Positions 27,540 through 29,990 of a stretch of DNA of 29,990 bases are shown in pieces. Positions within the stretch are counted from its first letter, which is position 1. Each line of letters opens with the position of its first letter. This DNA is from a virus. Its lineage: Duplodnaviria > Caudoviricetes. Location: positions 1 to 29,990 of IMG/VR virus record IMGVR_UViG_3300022697_000105; one strand, given 5' to 3'. The position numbers and the translations under genes were made by a program. Under the pieces are notes generated by a model. It was not told where the DNA came from. It saw nothing but the letters and a program-made list of their open reading frames with translations, and did no database searches.

Positions 27540-27800
27540 TTAGTAAGCCCAAACCCGGACGCTTGCACCAGCACCACGAATTGAAATTTTTGCTGTTTGC
27601 ATGTGTTCAAGGCACAGTTCTTCACCCACAAGAACATCCGCATCAACATCATTATTGTTGAATGAAATTTGTGCTGTCGCACCTGTGACTTTTATTTTGA
27701 CAAGACGACTTGCGCCCAATTTTAATTTGAATGCGTTGTCAGCAAAGTTTGCCGTCGCTGCAATGATTCCTGAATAGAACAAATGTGTGTCGTTTCGCAT
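27540..27800 (-). CDS. Small beta-rich hypothetical protein, probable paralog of 27202..27507
   Basis: 86 aa with AGGGG RBS. Contains ISFNN...DAD and ends VRVWAY. Confidence 0.7.
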   Translation of the reverse strand: MRNDTHLFYSGIIAATANFADNAFKLKLGASRLVKIKVTGATAQISFNNNDVDADVLVGEELCLEHMQTAKISIRGAGASVRVWAY

Positions 27801-27805
27801 TTCGG

Positions 27806-28279
27806 TTACCCCTTTACTTTCACCGGGCTTCCGGGAAACATTTGTTTGCCCACCCGTTCAATATCATACCTTGCAAGAATAGGTGGTGGTGGGTCTTGAT
27901 AAGTGTAAACCAACAAACTGTATTTCACTTCATCGGCGTGGCACGTTACCTTTTCACCCAACAACCTTTTCTTACCTTTTCTTTCATTCCAAACAAGTTC
28001 AGCGTAAAAATTCACCCGCTTGAAACGCTTGGGACGTTGAATCGTAAGAAACTTCCCATCATTTTTGGTCACGGTGGCTTCACAACCTTGGCATTTCACA
28101 ACCACATCGTTTCGCCTTACAATCCCGATGCTTGTAATTCGATGTTGAAAGTCTGAAGCCGACGACCATTCTTGCCAAGCACGAAGGTCATCTTCATTAT
28201 TCAAATCAAATCCAAGCGTCGTCCCGTCACTGAAACTTACTTTCACCATGCGTCGTTCCTTTTGTGCGTCAATCGCCAA
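27806..28279 (-). CDS. Hypothetical protein (one CxxC)
   Basis: 157 aa ORF that fits the operon packing. Confidence 0.65.
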   Translation of the reverse strand: MAIDAQKERRMVKVSFSDGTTLGFDLNNEDDLRAWQEWSSASDFQHRITSIGIVRRNDVVVKCQGCEATVTKNDGKFLTIQRPKRFKRVNFYAELVWNERKGKKRLLGEKVTCHADEVKYSLLVYTYQDPPPPILARYDIERVGKQMFPGSPVKVKG

Positions 28280-28298
28280 TTAAGGTATGCGCTTCAAT

Positions 28299-28697
28299 TC
28301 ATCGTTTCTTCTTTGACTTCTTTCCCCCGTCACCAGACGAAGAACTTTCCATTGATGTTGGTTCTTTTGCTGAAGCGGGTTGGTCCGATGTTGCAGCTTT
28401 CACCTTGCTTGCATCGTCCTTCCCTTTCGGTGCTTCCTTGGCTTCAGCTTTCGCCTTCACCTTTTCAGCCCGTTTCTTTTCAGCTTCAAGTTCCTTTTCA
28501 CCAATTTCGGCAACCACTTTCAGCTTTGGACACATCCAAGCATACTTTTCGCAAAGATACTTGTATTCAGCGTCCGTCACTGTCTTGTGCTTGCCGGGAT
28601 GAATGTGAAGCGCACCTTCACAGGAACGCGCACACCCTTTTGGAAAGCCTTCGACCTGAACGGGTGAATCGCCATGATATACAATTAGTTTTTTCAT
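28299..28697 (-). CDS. Hypothetical head-associated protein with Lys/Ala/Ser-rich disordered tail
   Basis: 132 aa with AGAGAGGTGA RBS and a low-complexity C-terminus. Confidence 0.7.
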   Translation of the reverse strand: MKKLIVYHGDSPVQVEGFPKGCARSCEGALHIHPGKHKTVTDAEYKYLCEKYAWMCPKLKVVAEIGEKELEAEKKRAEKVKAKAEAKEAPKGKDDASKVKAATSDQPASAKEPTSMESSSSGDGGKKSKKKR

Positions 28698-28733
28698 AGG
28701 ATGTCACCTCTCTGTTCGTTACGGTTCACGGTC

Positions 28734-28958
28734 TTACTTCTTAAGTGAAGGCTTTCCGCTTCCCTTTTCTTTCCCTTCATCACCTTTCGATTTTGAAGAC
28801 TTCTTTACTTTCAAATCAGACACACGGAAGTAACCGTTTTGCTTATAGAGTGCCACAGCGTCACCACTGACAACGCCGGGAACGTCTTTAATCCAACGTC
28901 TTCCCCCGAATGTGTATGTTTTCGCACCCCGAAGGACGACTTTTGCTTTTGCTTTCAT
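28734..28958 (-). CDS. Small basic protein, YqbF-like domain
   Basis: KTYTFGG..W...V...V......Y..NGYF pattern as I recall it from Bacillus skin-element YqbF, which also follows the capsid gene. AGGGG RBS. Confidence 0.55.
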   Translation of the reverse strand: MKAKAKVVLRGAKTYTFGGRRWIKDVPGVVSGDAVALYKQNGYFRVSDLKVKKSSKSKGDEGKEKGSGKPSLKK

Positions 28959-29035
28959 TGTTCAATTCCCCTTTACATCAAGTATGTAATTCAAATTTCA
29001 GTTACCAGTTCAAAAGTTACCCGAAGGCTTGGCTA

Positions 29036-29990
29036 TTAAGCCAAACCAACGTTGATGCCAAGAACAACGGCATCGGTTTCTTCAATTTCCACAGCGACCC
29101 TTGCTGTCAAAGCAAACTCGGAAACACTTGCGAAAATGTTTCGGTCACGTTCCATGCGAATGTCACGTCCGATTCCAAGAATCAGGTTGCGAAATTCAGT
29201 CAAGAACAACTGTGATTCCGACTGGTAAGTGATTTTGATGTCACTTGGGTCAGGAATTGCGCCACCAAGCAAAGTGATTGTTCCAGCGGCTTCATCAAGG
29301 TCATAGTCAGCGCCATTCACGAAAGGTGTTCTTGGCACCCGTGGTGTGCTGTCAATGTCTTGTAAAGTCACAAGTTCAGACCCCGCAACGATGTTCTTAT
29401 GCTTCAAGGCAAACGGTGAACCCGCGATTGTCACAGTTAAGTGTTCAGTCACAAGTGGTGTTTGTGGAAGCAAAGCCAATGGCACAAGTTCGATTCCGAA
29501 AGGACGCAAGTTCATTTCTGAAGTCGCGGCTTGGTCACCCAATCCTGTGGCGCGTGCCGCAAGGTTATTTCTGAACAACTGTTCAGTGGTGTCGGAAGCA
29601 AAGAACTTAAGATTTCTCTTATTTCTTTTGAACTTGGAAGGCATTTCAACAATCATGTCGCTGAAGATTTGGTGCTGAACATTCTTACCGTCGTTGTCAA
29701 CAATGTGGCTTTCACCAGCACGTTTCAACCAGCCGTCTTGCAGCTTTAAGTAAGTGTCAACAATTACTTCAGTTGGTGAACCACCATCAACAAGGTCGCT
29801 TTCAAATCTTAACAAGCCAAGTTTGTCACCTTGGATGTAAAGTTCTTCAAGGTCATTCCCAAGTTGGGTTGCCATGATTCGCATGATAGTTGATTCAACA
29901 TCATCACCTTCCAAGTTTTCAGAAACAAATTCGTCCGAGATTTCCCAAGGAACCATTATTTCTTCAGGTTGTAAGGTTACTTTGCTGAAG
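29036..29990 (-). CDS. Major capsid protein (HK97 fold, XkdG/YqbE-like), 5'-truncated by the window edge
   Basis: The frame is open to the edge (FSKVTLQPEEIMVPW). Motifs include ENLEG, NDLEELYIQGD, DGWLK, MPSKF, RATGLGD, FGIELVP and LT..RNLILGIGRDIRME. Confidence 0.9.
   Translation of the reverse strand, partial: FSKVTLQPEEIMVPWEISDEFVSENLEGDDVESTIMRIMATQLGNDLEELYIQGDKLGLLRFESDLVDGGSPTEVIVDTYLKLQDGWLKRAGESHIVDNDGKNVQHQIFSDMIVEMPSKFKRNKRNLKFFASDTTEQLFRNNLAARATGLGDQAATSEMNLRPFGIELVPLALLPQTPLVTEHLTVTIAGSPFALKHKNIVAGSELVTLQDIDSTPRVPRTPFVNGADYDLDEAAGTITLLGGAIPDPSDIKITYQSESQLFLTEFRNLILGIGRDIRMERDRNIFASVSEFALTARVAVEIEETDAVVLGINVGLA

Noticed and set aside
28959-29035. Possible terminator after the capsid gene (GCC-TTCG-GGT hairpin, TTACAT/ATGTAA inverted repeat)
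   Set aside because: The stems are only 3-6 bp and too weak to call.
41-29749. Numerous plus-strand ORFs of 60-200 aa in the track
   Set aside because: They lie antisense to the minus-strand structural genes, lack recognisable motifs and read as shadow translations.
1-29990. Stop-codon reassignment as an explanation for the apparent coding gap at 1-4276 or the rarity of TAG
   Set aside because: The gap is an open frame under the standard code. TAG ends genes at 4335 and 11463, and TGA and TAA also act as normal stops.

Overview
The window is one continuous minus-strand virion morphogenesis operon of a tailed phage or prophage with a contractile (myovirus-type) tail. Read in transcription order (right to left), it holds: a 5'-truncated major capsid protein, several small head-associated ORFs, a repeat-rich fibre with a permuted papain-like enzyme, the neck genes, then sheath, tube and a tail assembly chaperone with a -1 frameshift extension. 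After these come tape measure, LysM tube initiator, hub, spike, gp25-, gpJ- and gpI-like baseplate proteins, and a fibre-like protein of more than 1400 aa that runs off the left edge and is absent from the ORF track. The tail module resembles extracellular contractile injection systems (Afp/PVC) but is attached to a capsid gene. The most striking unexplained signal is compositional. The trinucleotide GAG/CTC is almost absent from both strands (about 20 sites by manual scan in 30 kb). GATC, GGCC, CTAG and CCWGG were not found, and most ribosome binding sites read AGGG(G) instead of AGGAG. Product calls rest on motif recognition and synteny only, and all counts are by eye.
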